Assembly: GCF_001194135.2 (NCBI RefSeq)
Contig: NC_068998.1
Location: 13,721,846-13,785,845, forward strand
Reading direction: 5' to 3'
Origin: Octopus bimaculoides
Lineage: Eukaryota
DNA length: 64,000 nt
Shown in pieces: positions 1 to 11,498 of the stretch. The notes below the pieces were generated by a model. It was not told the DNA's origin. It saw only the letters and a program-made list of their open reading frames with translations, and made no database searches. Within the stretch, counting starts at the first letter, position 1; every line of letters starts with the position of its first letter. The translations under genes were made by a program, and so were the position numbers.

Positions 1-260
1 GTGAGTACAAGCACAGCTATGTGGGTAAGAAGTTTGCTTCATAATAATAATAATATTAATAATCTTGTTTCAGTTTTGATCCCATTGCACAATAATCTGG
101 GTAAGGGCAGGTAACTTCTATCATAATCTCAAGTAGACCAAAGACATGTGAGTAAAATTTGGAAAAACAGGAAACTGTACAGAAACCCCTCAGATGGAAT
201 GTATCTCCTGAATCTCAGTTGCCCCCTCCCCCCATCTCTCTCTCTCTCTCTTTCTCTTAC

Positions 261-395
261 ATAGGTTTTAGATTTTTCATTACAAAGATTATGGTTAATG
301 TTGCTCTTCTTCAATATAAGATGATTGAATGCAACTGATGATATGGCACAGATAATTAGACATTCAACTTGTTTTGGTGACAGAACATTTTGGCA
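261..395 (-). CDS. Candidate internal coding exon (135 nt, phase 0-0) of an unidentified minus-strand gene
   Basis: Acceptor (TG)n-TTTGTCTCCAG| and donor AT|GTAAGA. The length is a multiple of 3 and only one frame is open: CQNVLSPKQVECLIICAISSVAFNHLILKKSNINHNLCNEKSKTY. Confidence 0.6.
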
Positions 396-402
396 CTGGA
401 GA

Positions 403-447
<45 letters not shown>

Positions 448-649
448 CATGCCTGTGCAGAAATTTACATGCAAATAGAGAAAATGAGAGAGAAGGGTGA
501 GAGAGTGAGACATTACAAGCTATTAACTTAACACAGTTGGCATAAAGACTTCCCCTCTCCTCATATACATAGAAATATGCATACACACACAAAGAGAGAG
601 AGAGAGTACAATTTTATAATTGAACATGACTGACAAACACTTTCTCTGT

Positions 650-900
650 CCTCCGGGTGGCACATGAAATGCACCATTTTGAGCGTGGCCATTGCCAGTA
701 CCGCCTGACTGGCCTTTGTGCGGGTGACACGTAAAAGCACCCCCTACACTCTCTGAGTGGTTGGCGTTAGGAAGGGCATCCAGCTGTAGAAACTCTGCCA
801 AATCAGATTGGAGCCTGGTGCAGCCATCTGGTTTCACCAGTCCTCAGTCAAATCGTCCAACCCATGCTAGCATGGAAAGCGGACGTTTAACGATGATGAT
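650..900 (+). mobile_element. SINE 3' tail, young CpG-rich copy
   Basis: GAGTGGTTGGCGTTAGGAAGGGCATCCAGC...GGACGTTTAACGATGATGAT is an RTE-type SINE tail ending in a short GAT repeat. Confidence 0.7.
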
Positions 901-1077
901 GCTCACACACTCATAAACAGAGAAAGAGGGAGGAGAGCATTAATGAGACATTAAAGCATCTGATGTCAAATAAGACAGTATTGAATCAGTGACACCAAAG
1001 AGACAGCACCAAAACAGCAGAACCAAAACATCTTTATCTGCTCTTATTATGACACAACCATGGATTAAAACTAATAC

Positions 1078-1217
1078 CTTTAATCTATCTTGCTGAAAAA
1101 TAGTTGTCGTGTACCCTGCACACTTTTTGCTGTTAAACAGAGGAGATGGTGATAGGAACATTATTGAATCTACTCCGACTGTTCCTAGACATGTCAGGGT
1201 ATACAGAAATGAATTAT
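1078..1217 (-). CDS. Candidate coding exon (140 nt, phase 1-0)
   Basis: Long pyrimidine tract then CATAAGACAG| (alternative AAG acceptor at 1221), donor AAG|GTATTA. Open frame xNSFLYTLTCLGTVGVDSIMFLSPSPLFNSKKCAGYTTTIFQQDRLK joins in phase with the 261-395 exon. Confidence 0.5.
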
Positions 1218-1974
1218 CTGTCTTATGACAGAATGAATGCAGAAGGGAAAGAAAAAGGAAAAAAATAGATGGATGCTTTTGTTATGCAAAAGATTTGGAG
1301 GAAACAAAATGATCATTCAACACTTTTTTTATTTATTTGTGTTATACTTTCAATAAATCTTTTTTTTTTTTTTAGTATTTTTCATGTGATTGCATTCAAT
1401 GAATTTCAAGAATAAACTATTGTTCTGTATCCTTTAATAGCAAATAAATGAATAAATAAATAAAAATGTTCATAACATTGAAAATTGCATTACAAAAATA
1501 CTACTTGATCACCTCAATTTAAATTGCACAGGACAGCAGATAACATTTTATTTCTATTTGTTTCACTTCGTTGTTATAACAAAACACCAGCTGAACTTTG
1601 CAATGCATTTGTATTTATTCTTTATAAATCATTACATAACATAGGACACAATGCAAGGGGTTTTTTTTGTTTTTTTTTTTTTCTCATACAGGTACTAAAA
1701 AAAGCTAGTGTTTTGAATCAATATAAAAAAAAACCTGTTCACCTCAGTTCAGCTCCTGTTTCTATATTGTTAAGTGGAGAAAAGAAAACAAAAATGTTTG
1801 CTCTACTTAAAATAATAGTCCAGTAATTATAAGCCAATGAGGGAGTCTGTACATGGTCATTCAGCCTACTAGAAATAGCAGCAAAATCTCCTTCAAATCA
1901 CACCTTACTATCCGCTGTGTATGCCACACTTAGCTGGTTGCATTAAAGTAATATAAATTATCCAACCATAAGAT

Positions 1975-2190
1975 GGTGGGGTGGAAGCATGTGACTTGTG
2001 GTTTCGATTTCTGGAACACATGATGTATTGTGTCCTTGAGCAAGACACTTCATTTCATATTGCTCCAGTCCACTCAGCTGGCAAAAATGAATAACCCAGC
2101 AACAGACTCATGTCTCATCCAGGTGGGGAATATATATGCCATGAAACCAAGAAACTAACCCTTATGAATCAGTATGACTTGAGAAGGCAG
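1975..2190 (+). mobile_element. tRNA-derived SINE with GTGTCCTTGAGCAAGACAC core (related copy at ~12760-12980)
   Basis: Degenerate B-box GGTTTCGATTTC followed by the conserved core TGTGTCCTTGAGCAAGACACTT and GCTCCAGTCCACTCAGCTG. Confidence 0.65.
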
Positions 2191-2217
2191 CTAAAACAAA
2201 AGGTTGTGGGGCTAGGG

Positions 2218-2616
2218 GTATTGCAAAAGCCTGGTTGGAGGCCCAACATTCTGATTTCTTTTACAAGGCTTAGAAAAACTGAAGACCTGCTGTGAAAAGT
2301 GTGTGAATCTGAGAGGGGAATATGTTGAATGTAATCATAATTAACTGATCCTCCTGTATTTTCTTTTACCCAAAAATAGGAACTTTTCAGTACATCCTCA
2401 TATGTATAACAGAGAATGTGGTTTGTTTGTTTTTTAATTCTTTCCTCAAAGACATGAGCAAAACATGTGAAATGAAATAAAAGTTGTGGAATCAAACGTG
2501 AATCTTCACAGATCCAAATCATTTGGAATTTATCCTTACAGCATTTGTCATTTTCAGTTAATTCATGGTAGGATTGTATAAAATATATTTTAGATATTTT
2601 ACCAACGGCATATTTT
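2218..2616 (-). repeat. Left arm of a ~400-bp inverted duplication (partner 3743-4146)
   Basis: The reverse complement aligns along its whole length with 3743-4146. The ORF track shows the same peptide MIWICEDSRLIPQLLFHFTCFAHVFEER on opposite strands. Confidence 0.95.
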
Positions 2617-2642
2617 GAAAATATATTTACATAAATGTAAAC
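2540..2642 (-). CDS. Candidate coding exon (103 nt, phase 0-1)
   Basis: Acceptor TTCACTTTTATAG|G and donor GCT|GTAAGG. Open frame VYIYVNIFSKYAVGKISKIYFIQSYHELTENDKC, phase-compatible with both neighbours. Confidence 0.4.
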
Positions 2643-3955
2643 CTATAAAAGTGAATATGTGAAAAACAAAATAGGAATTTTGGAAAGAAGTTTCTATAAA
2701 ACTAGTTTTTAAACATCGAATGGCTATGGGGGTCCACTAGAATAAAATAGTAATCAAAGGGGTTCATAGATTTTTTTTTAAATGGTCGAGAACCCCTGAT
2801 CTAGTAGTTCTGCTAATTTACTACCTTAGATTGATACTTTTTACTGACCCCAAAAAGAAAAAACTGACCATCATAGGATTTGAACTCAGAACACAGAGAC
2901 TCAGAATAAGCACTGTGCTAATTCTCCACTTTATCCAGCCTAGAACACAAATAATCTACAGTAGATTTGAAATCATTATTTGTGAGCTGACACATAATCC
3001 AGTGTCTTATCTATTCAGCTATTTCACTACTGCCAAGTATTATAAATTACAGACGAAAATTCTCAATGATTTACTAGTATATCATATAAAACTTTATATC
3101 CTTTTTTAGCATAAAACTTTATATCCTTTTGATTAAATCCTCCAACTTCTCTTTTTTTTAATGAACTACAATCCATATAACTTATCAAAATGCTACTCTG
3201 TTGTTTCCAGCTAATGTTTTTTCGATTTTTCACTTTAATGAAATTTCATTTTTGTACTACAACATACTTCAATTTATTTCAAGTTTCATCCTCTTTATTG
3301 TATGATATATCTACATATAAACATTCTAATTTTCTTTTTGTTGTTGTTTGTAAATGTTCTTTATGTCGTAGCTGTTACTTCTATTTAAAACTTTCACTAA
3401 CGCATGGTTTCCACCATAAGTAATTTTGCAGTTTCATTTTTATCTTACTTAATATAGTTTCTCAAAATGCTACATTTGATATTCTATAGCTTTGGTTTTT
3501 GAAAATATATAATAATTTATCTTATCATCATCATTATCTTCTTATCATCATGCTGTTACATAGCAAAGTAGCAAAGACTTTCACTAAGAGATTCACTTAG
3601 ACTACCTCAGTTTATCTAACAAACTGTCAAGTTAGAACTACTTGCATTCATTTCATGATTGAGTTGTTAGAATTAGAGTAAGCTTATCCTTTTGTAAAAC
3701 AACAATTCAAACAATTTGCTATGCCATCAAGCATATAATGGTAAAATATGCCGTTGGTAAAATATCTAAAATACATTTTATACAATCCTACCATGAATTA
3801 ACTGAAAATGACAAATGCTGTAAGGATAAATTCCAAATGATTTGGATCTGTGAAGATTCACGTTTGATTCCACAACTTTTATTTCATTTCACATGTTTTG
3901 CTCATGTCTTTGAGGAAAGAATTTCAAAAAAGCAAACCACGTTCTCTGTTATACA

Positions 3956-4181
3956 TATGAGGATGTACTGTACTGAAAAGTCCCTGGTTTTGGGTAAAAG
4001 AAAATACAGGAGGATCAGTTAATTATGATTACATTCAACATATTCCCCTCTCAGATTCACACACTTTTCACAGCAGTTCTTCAGTTTTTCTAAGCCCTGT
4101 AAAAGAACTCAGAATGTTGGGCCTCCAACCAGACTTTTTGCAATACGCTTTAAGCCAGGAACTTTTCAGTACCCACTCATA
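3956..4181. mobile_element. Mariner-derived MITE (truncated second copy at 2218-2404)
   Basis: TA-flanked TIRs TA|TGAGGATGTACTG..AAAAGTCCCTGG and CCAGGAACTTTTCAGTACCCACTCA|TA. The interior encodes the mariner C-terminus AWLEAQHSDFF-QGLEKLKTCCEKCVNLRGEYVE. Confidence 0.8.
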
Positions 4182-4424
4182 TTTCCAATTATCAGACATA
4201 TTGCTTGACAGTAATTGTTCCCACTATGTTGCACTCTGAGCTCAAATCTCGCTGAGAACAACTCTGCATCCCATTCTTTTGAGTTTGATGAATTACAAGT
4301 TCTCTACTGAGGTGAACTCTTCTCTTTCTGTTCTCACTTATAGAATAAATCAGCTATAGCTAGACCTGAAGGCTGTTGGTACCCATTAGGTCTAAAAATG
4401 CCCCTGTTTGTTTTATTTAAGCCT

Positions 4425-5200
4425 TTCATTCCCTATGGAGCATAGGCCATAGATGACTTTTTTCCACTCTTTACAACTGTGAGCTGTCTTTTCGACTTTT
4501 CTCCAAAAGGATCTCAGCTTTTCCTATTCTACTTCAGTATCACTAGTTAAGGTTATCTCTACAGATTTTCTGAATAATAGAACACAGTATTGACTGATAA
4601 AAGTGTTGTAATAGCATTGCTAACATAATAGAACACAATATTGACAAATAACTGTAGAGATAACCTTAACAAATGATATAATAGCACTGCTGACACAATA
4701 GAACACAATATTGACTTTAAAAAAAAGTTTAATATACTTTGTAATATATTATGGTTGCATAATGAAATACAGTATCACTACACATCATTGATATTTTGGT
4801 ATCATGCCTCCAGTTATTTCAGAAAGGGAGTCAGTCTTATAGTTTCCCTTCAGATTTTGCTGCACCACCTCATATATTTCCCTGAGGGAAAGCCTCCCTC
4901 TCCCAGGTTTTGTTGGTTTTTGAATTGCCATTGATGCTTCTGCAACTTTGCTGTTGGCCCTACGCAGACTTAATTATATTTTTAGGAAGAGGTGATCCAT
5001 ATTAGTTTGCTCTCCGTCTCTTGACTTGTCTGACATGGGAGGCTCTACCAAGAGTTTGCACTACACTGGTGTAGCTCTCGGGGGTCACTGAAGAACATAA
5101 ACCAGTACACAACAGCAAGGCTTGGACATTGTGGTGGTAAAAATACTCGAGATACACTACCACTATAACTCCATTAAGAAGCTGGGCATCCAAAGCAAGA
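4425..5200 (-). mobile_element. RTE-LINE-derived bipartite element (5' region plus 3' end, interior missing)
   Basis: The 5' part (GGTAGAGCCTCCCATGTCAGACAAGTC; peptide SKVAEASMAIQKPTKPGRGRLSLREIYE) and the RTE-type 3' end TATGGCCTATGCTCCATAGGGA are homologous to 47040-47495. Confidence 0.6.
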
Positions 5201-6335
5201 GCAAATGATAAAAATATATATTTGAGTCAATTGTGATCTTGAATATGATGTAATCCTACCACTTTATGCAGCTAAGAACTAGTAACATATATTATTATCT
5301 TACATAATATAGCCACCAACTACTACCATAATTATTTATATTCTTTAAAAAAATCAGCATAAAATTCCTGGAAATTTTAAAACACATAAAACACAAAAAA
5401 GATTTTAAATAAATGACAAACAGTAAAACTACTATGGCTGCAGGGCAGAATTTTTTTTTTTTAAGTTATAATCTCTTAAATTAAATAATCACTTTTAAAC
5501 AAACATCACCAGCACGCTAACAGAATTATAAATTGCCATTGGCTGTATTCGCTATGTGTATGGTGTTTCATAGCCAGAAGCAATGAAGTGTGTACACTAA
5601 TAGTTAGATGCCTCGGGACTATTGCCTTCAGTATCTTCATTTCCACAAGTTCGTCATAGCATTTATTTTTCCCATTATTATTACACTCCCTTATTTGGAG
5701 TGTAATATTGCTTGAATAGACGGAATTTGTTGAGGTAGATTTTTCTACAGCTGATACCCATCCTATTCCTAACCCTCATCTGTTTACAGGCAAGCTTAAT
5801 ATTTCCCCATAGCCAAACATGCTTTCCAACAAAGATGGGAAATTAACAACCTCATTTGCATGATAGTGTCACTCATTTACAACTGTCACATGATATCTAG
5901 ACAAGGGTACACATAAGCATACATACATATACATGTGTGTGTGTGTGTGTGACAGACTTCTTTTTGGTTTCCATATACCAAATCACAAAGCTTTGATGGG
6001 CCTGGGACAATAGTAGAAGACATTTGTTTACGATGAGCAAAGTGGAACTGAATCCAAGACCTCAGTACCACATAGTTGGGAAGCAAGTGCTAATCAGATT
6101 GGTTATTGTAATTAAACCTATCTGTACATGTCACAACCCCACTCCAGCATATCTGGGCAAAAGTTACCAGCACAACACCAAGCTCCATTCTTTCTTAATA
6201 AGAGGTTATTGACCCCTGACATATAGAAATATAAGGTAAAGTGTAAACCAATGTTCTGCATATCTTACTTTCTTCTGTTTCAACACCCATATTTCAATTT
6301 ACATTGTATTAGCTTTTGAACAATTTTAACCTTAC

Positions 6336-6372
6336 AATCATTTCAGTTATGCCTTGAACAGTGAAAATATAA
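6336..6372 (-). CDS. Candidate coding exon (37 nt, phase 2-0)
   Basis: Acceptor TCTTTTTATTCTTTAG| and donor ATT|GTAAGG. The only open frame is YIFTVQGITEMI. Confidence 0.4.
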
Positions 6373-7139
6373 CTAAAGAATAAAAAGATTTTTGCATTCC
6401 TTTGCTTTTCCTTCTCTCTCTCTCTCTCTTTTCTTTTTTTTTCTATGCCACAATATGAATATATTTCATATGAGAAATGTCAACCTTCTTAGCCAATCAA
6501 ATTCTTTATACTGATATAAGAAAAGATATCTTGACTAAAACAGGGTATCCTATCTGTACAGCTGCTGCTGTTGCTGTTGGTTTTGTAGGTTATACACTTT
6601 TGTCAATTGTTAAAAGCTAAGAGAGAACGTAGTGTTAACATGACATGTTGGATAGATCATTTAGATAGTTAAAGTTTACGGTAGAGACTGTGGTTAGCAT
6701 GACATGTTTCCACAATAAGAATAGCTTTTTCAAACAACCACTTTCTTGAGTGAAATTGCAGAAAGTATGGCAGCTGATATGCATAGAATTAGTGCAAATT
6801 CTATTGCATTATGATCAACTAGTGCATCAACTCTTGTGTAAAATGGCTGAGACACATAAATGTAGAAGACCTCCTGTCAATAGCATAAATGTAGTCACAT
6901 GTTATTTCATTTATGTTTATTTTGTTTTCTTTTGTTTTGTTTTTACCTAGTGTTGTTTTTTTTTAAGCAGGCATATATTAATAGTAAATTAATATTGATT
7001 TCTTACATAGTCACAAGACCTCAAATATGGTGGGTGGATATACTCAATTAGACCAACTTCAACAAGATTTCAGTTTCAAACATGAAGAATGAAAATAATA
7101 GTAATAATAATGAGAAGAAGAAGAAGAAGAAGAAAGCAG

Positions 7140-7650
7140 AAGTTGTGGGGGAGCATCAGCACATTGTTTTGTCTTGGTATAAAAGAAGGGCTACAGCAAA
7201 TATCCTGCTCAATACCACAGATTTGCTTGTCAGTTGTTTGACTATAACCGGTTGAGCATGTTCCTTAATGGTTAACGATATGTGCATCTCTGATCATGAG
7301 CAGAAGTAGTGGGGGAGCATCATAACCATGTGTTGAAAGGAATTCTTTAGCGTTTGAATAAATTCACCTTTGGAAACATGGGCGTTTCGTTCAATATCCT
7401 TAAACAACCCTTATTCAGGGACCTTTTGAACAGGATGGGCTACTCAACCTGAAGAAAATTCTAACTGGGCCCCACCTGGAAGGTCACACACTGTTTATCT
7501 TGATATGAGATCACAATGTCATGCACATATGGTTATGATGCATGTGCCTGGTGTACCCTTATCAGACGGGTAGTCATGGTGGGTATACTGGGCTTCATAT
7601 ATTTTACCTCATTGTCACTTTGATGGCATGCACTGCTCTCTCACTCAATA
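7140..7650 (+). mobile_element. Retroelement 3' region ending in (AAT)n (second copy inverted at 61562-61770)
   Basis: 7430-7650 matches the reverse complement of 61562-61770. Both copies terminate in AAT microsatellites. Confidence 0.6.
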
Positions 7651-7836
7651 ATAATAATAATAATAATAATAATATTGGTTTCAAATTTTGGCTCAAGGCC
7701 AACAAGTTCAGGGAGGGGTTAAGTCGATTGTATTGATCCCAGTGCTAACCTGGTACTTATTTTATTGACCCTGAAAGAATGAAAGGCAATGTTGACCTTG
7801 GCAGAATTTTAACATAATAATAATAATAATAATAAT

Positions 7837-8005
7837 ATACATGGAACAAATAGGGGTGGCAATAAGGGTGGAGCACTTGCAGAAAACAGCACTGCTTGGA
7901 ACCGCTCCGGAAGGTGCTCGAAAAATAAGAGGTGTTACCTTAGTTCACTGGTAGTGAACAGCTGACACCGCAGTACATCTCCAGCATTAGAAGCTGTGCG
8001 AAGGC
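7837..8005 (+). mobile_element. 5'-truncated R4/Dong-like (RLE-type) LINE 3' end inserted in (TAA)n
   Basis: Encodes EQIGVAIRVEHLQKTALLGTA-RKVLEK*, the typical C-terminus of R2/R4-group ORFs, and has AAT repeats on both sides. Confidence 0.65.
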
Positions 8006-8027
8006 AATAATAATAATAATGATGATG

Positions 8028-8072
<45 letters not shown>

Positions 8073-8074
8073 GT

Positions 8075-8450
8075 TTTCAAATTTTGGCACAAGGCCAGCA
8101 GTTCCTGAGAGGAGGCAAGTCAGTTACATCAACCAAAGTGCTCTACTAATAATGACTTTATTGACCCCTGTAAGAATGAAAGGCACAGTCAACCTTGGTG
8201 GAATTTAGCAATAATAATAATTCTACTACTACTACTACTACTAATAATAATAATGGTTTCAAATTTTGGTAGAAGGAGAGGTTAGTGAATTACATTGACC
8301 CCGCCAGTCCTCAAGACTCTGAAAGGATGAAATAATGCAAATTCAACCACAGCAGGATTTGAACTCAGAACGTAAAGAGTTAGAAGAAATGCTGCTAAAC
8401 ATTTTGTCTGTTGCATTGACAATTGTGTCAGCTTGGCAGCTTACATGCTA
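8075..8450 (-). mobile_element. Cluster of CpG-decayed SINE copies (GCCTTTCATCCTTTCGGGGTCGATAAA-core family)
   Basis: Copies at ~7680-7812, 8075-8210 and 8255-8445 show CpG to TpG changes relative to younger copies at 23400-23780 and 53341-53574. Confidence 0.8.
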
Positions 8451-8514
8451 CAGCCCTAGGCCAACTAATGTCTTGTGAATAGGATCAGTAGACGGAAGCT
8501 AGGTGGAAACCTAT

Positions 8515-8955
8515 TATGTGTGTGTTTGTGCTAATGTGTGTTTGTGCTAATGTGTGTTTGTGCTAATGTGTGTTTGATTGTGTGTGTGTGTGTGTGTGCT
8601 TGTGTATGTGTGTGCTTGTGTGTGTGTCTGCGTGTGCATGAGCATGTGTGTGTGTCTGTGTCTGTGTGAGTGTGTGTTTGTCTGAGTGTGTGTGTGTGCG
8701 TTTGTGTGTGAGTGTAATGTCTGTCTGTCTGTGTCTGTGGGAGTGTGTGTTTGAGTCTGTGTGTGTGTGCTTGTGTGTGTTTGTGTGTATGTTTGTGTGT
8801 GTCTGTCTGTTTGCATGTGTGTGTCTATGTGTGTGCGTGTGTGTGAGTGTGTATGTTTGTATGTATGTGTGTGCATGTGTGTTTTTGTGTGAGTGTATCT
8901 GTGTGTTGTCAGTGTGCATTTGTCTGTGCGTGTTTTTATTTGTATGTTTGTTTGT
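8515..8955. repeat. Compound (TG)-rich microsatellite (similar tracts at 12445-12745, 15303-15710, 27930-28270, 36700-37200, 47780-48040)
   Basis: Directly visible low-complexity repeats. Confidence 0.95.
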
Positions 8956-9568
8956 GTGTTCACTTAACTGGCAAATATGAATTGTGCCTGTAATTCAAAG
9001 GGCCTGTCTTGTCACATTCTGTAATTCTGTGTTACACTGAATCTCCCTAAGATCTACATTAATGGTATGCATGTCTTTGAAGTGCTCACCCACTTGTACA
9101 TTAATTTCTCGAGCTGGCTGTTCCATTCATTGGATCAACTAGAATCCTCGTCATCGCAATTGGCAGAGCTCCAGTTTGTGTGTGAGAGTGAGAGAGAGAG
9201 AGAGCTGTGTGTGTGTGTGTGTGTAGATGTTGACATTGTGTGGCTTTGCTTATTACCGTCTAAGCAAAATGGTAATATGATGTTTGAATTTTTTGTTGAC
9301 CTTAAAACTGGTCTCCATGATTTCAAAAACCAGTAGAGTAAAACATTTTAAATGCTTTATTTGAAAAAAAACAGACAAAGCTTGCTGACAGGATGAGCAT
9401 CCTGCCATAAAACGCAGCCTCAAAAAAGTTCTCTTCTAACCCATCCTAACATTAAAAAAAAACCCAGATGTTAAGCAACAAATGTGTAACCTGAACACAT
9501 TTAGTCTTCCTGTGAAATGTGGGATCTTCCAGTAAGTTGAATTCTCATTTGAAGCTGCAGTGAACAAC

Positions 9569-9689
9569 AAACACCGTTTCTTAGCTCCATGGCCCTAGAG
9601 GTTGGGGGCCACATTCGCAGGAAGAATAAACACCGTTTCTTAGCTCCATGGCCTTAGAGGTTGGGGGCCACATTCGCAGGAAGAATAAA
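9569..9689. repeat. 2 x 59-bp tandem duplication
   Basis: AAACACCGTTTCTTAGCTCCATGGCC(C/T)TAGAGGTTGGGGGCCACATTCGCAGGAAGAAT occurs twice with one mismatch. Confidence 0.95.
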
Positions 9690-9942
9690 TATCGTTATCA
9701 TTTCACTTAGCATCCACTTTTCCATGCATTCATGGTTTAGAAAGAATTGTTTTAAGGCAGATTTCCACACTGTATGCCCTTTTTGTCATCAACTATTACC
9801 TGTTTCCAAGCAAGGTAATATTTTCCCATATCCAGATATATTTTTCTTCTCAGATGTCAGGAAATGAATGACATCATTTGTATGGTGTTGCTTATTTACA
9901 ACAGTTACACAACCTTAAGACAATTGTGTCCACAGACACACA

Positions 9943-9975
<33 letters not shown>

Positions 9976-11154
9976 TCAAAGACACACACACACACAAACA
10001 CACACATATGCATATATACACACGCACATGTATGCATATACACATACATTTATAATGGGCTTCTTTTAGTTTCTGTCAACCAAATCCACTCACAAGGCTT
10101 TGGTCAACTCAAGTGCCATCTAGTTGGATCGAACCCAAAACCATATGGTTTAGAAGCAACCCTCTTACCACACAGCTACATGTGTACCGCTATGTAACAG
10201 AATCAACAAAAATAAGTTGAATGCTTTTCAACTTCGTACTGATGTAATGATAATATTCTTTAAGAATAAGTTAATTAAAAAATAATTAAAATCTTAATTG
10301 CATTTTTTTTTTTAGCATTATCATGCAATATATAAGTTATTGATTATTTTATTCAACCAATTTACTCTAATTATAATAATAAATTTAAAAAGAAAAAGAA
10401 AACGATTCTGGGAGTTGAGAATAATACGGCAGACTATAACTAATACCTTAGGGAACAAATGAGGGAGTTGCCTACTTATTAGAAATAGCAGCCAAATCTT
10501 CTCTCTCTCAAATCGAAATCTATTGTTTAATGAGGAAAACAAAAAAAGGAAAGGATACATTGTATAATATTGTGTCTTATCTTTTAACTGTTTCAGTGAT
10601 TTGACTGTTGCCATGCTGGGGCTTCAGCTTGAAGGATTTTCAGTTGAACAAATTGACCCTTGGAATAATGTTTTAAGGCCTAGTACTAATTCTATCGATG
10701 AATTTTGCTGAACTGCTAAGTTATGGGGACATAAGCACACCAACACCATTTGTCAAGCAGAGGTAGACAGGGACAAACACAGACACAAGGACACAAACAA
10801 AGATATATACATACATGTGTGTGTGCGTGTGTGCATGCACGCATGTGTGTGTGTGTGTGTATATATATATTATTTAATTGACACATGTTTTTATGTGCTA
10901 CTAATAGTTTCATATTTTGAGAAATACCTCAAACATATTCATCAGGCACAAACCACATGAACATGCTTGAGGTGTTTCTCAAATTATGAAACTATTAATA
11001 GCACATAATAACATGTACTGTGTCTATTAAATAATATTTATCTCTCACTAGATGGAGTACCTTTTTGTTGATCTTACCATCATGGAACTTTACATATATA
11101 TATATATATATATATAGGTGAGAAAGTTGGTATGTGAAAGCACGTAGTTGGAAG

Positions 11155-11498
11155 TATAAAAGATAAACAAGAGTGAAAAATCTACAGAAGGCTTGTGTTA
11201 TATGGTTAAAGTATATATTTAAATCGTTATGTTAGAAAAATGTTATAAAATTTTGAGTATAGAAACATTTCTATCTAGAACCTTCCCCTATATAGAACTC
11301 CATATTTTACACCGTAGCGAAGATATGTTACGATACAGGTAGAGGAATTTGAAAAGAAAATACGAAACCGGTTATTTCTCCCAAAACAATGTTTCTATAC
11401 TCAAAATTTTATAACATTTTTCTAACATAACGATTTAAATATATGCTTTAACCATGTAACACAAGCCTTCTGTAGTTTTTTGACTCTTGTTAATCTTT

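Noticed and set aside
1040-1085. KVLVLIHGCVIIRA resembling the FAM172A motif LMVLIHGSGVVRA
   Set aside because: The similarity stops at once (no GQW), and the stretch lies past the predicted donor at 1078, so it is probably coincidence.
1692-1826. Strong plus-strand acceptor TTTTCTCATACAG with an open frame
   Set aside because: There is no convincing donor and it conflicts with the better-supported minus-strand exon chain.
4575-4720. Short repeats with spacers (also 9569-9689) that superficially resemble a CRISPR array
   Set aside because: The context is eukaryotic, the units are irregular, there are no unique spacers of constant length and there are no cas genes.
6500-6830. Short protein-like frames on both strands (LSEIAESMAADMHR; PFYTRVDALVDHNAIEF; SRYLFLYQYKEFDWLR)
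   Set aside because: Splice sites are weak or phases are inconsistent, so I cannot choose among them without RNA data.
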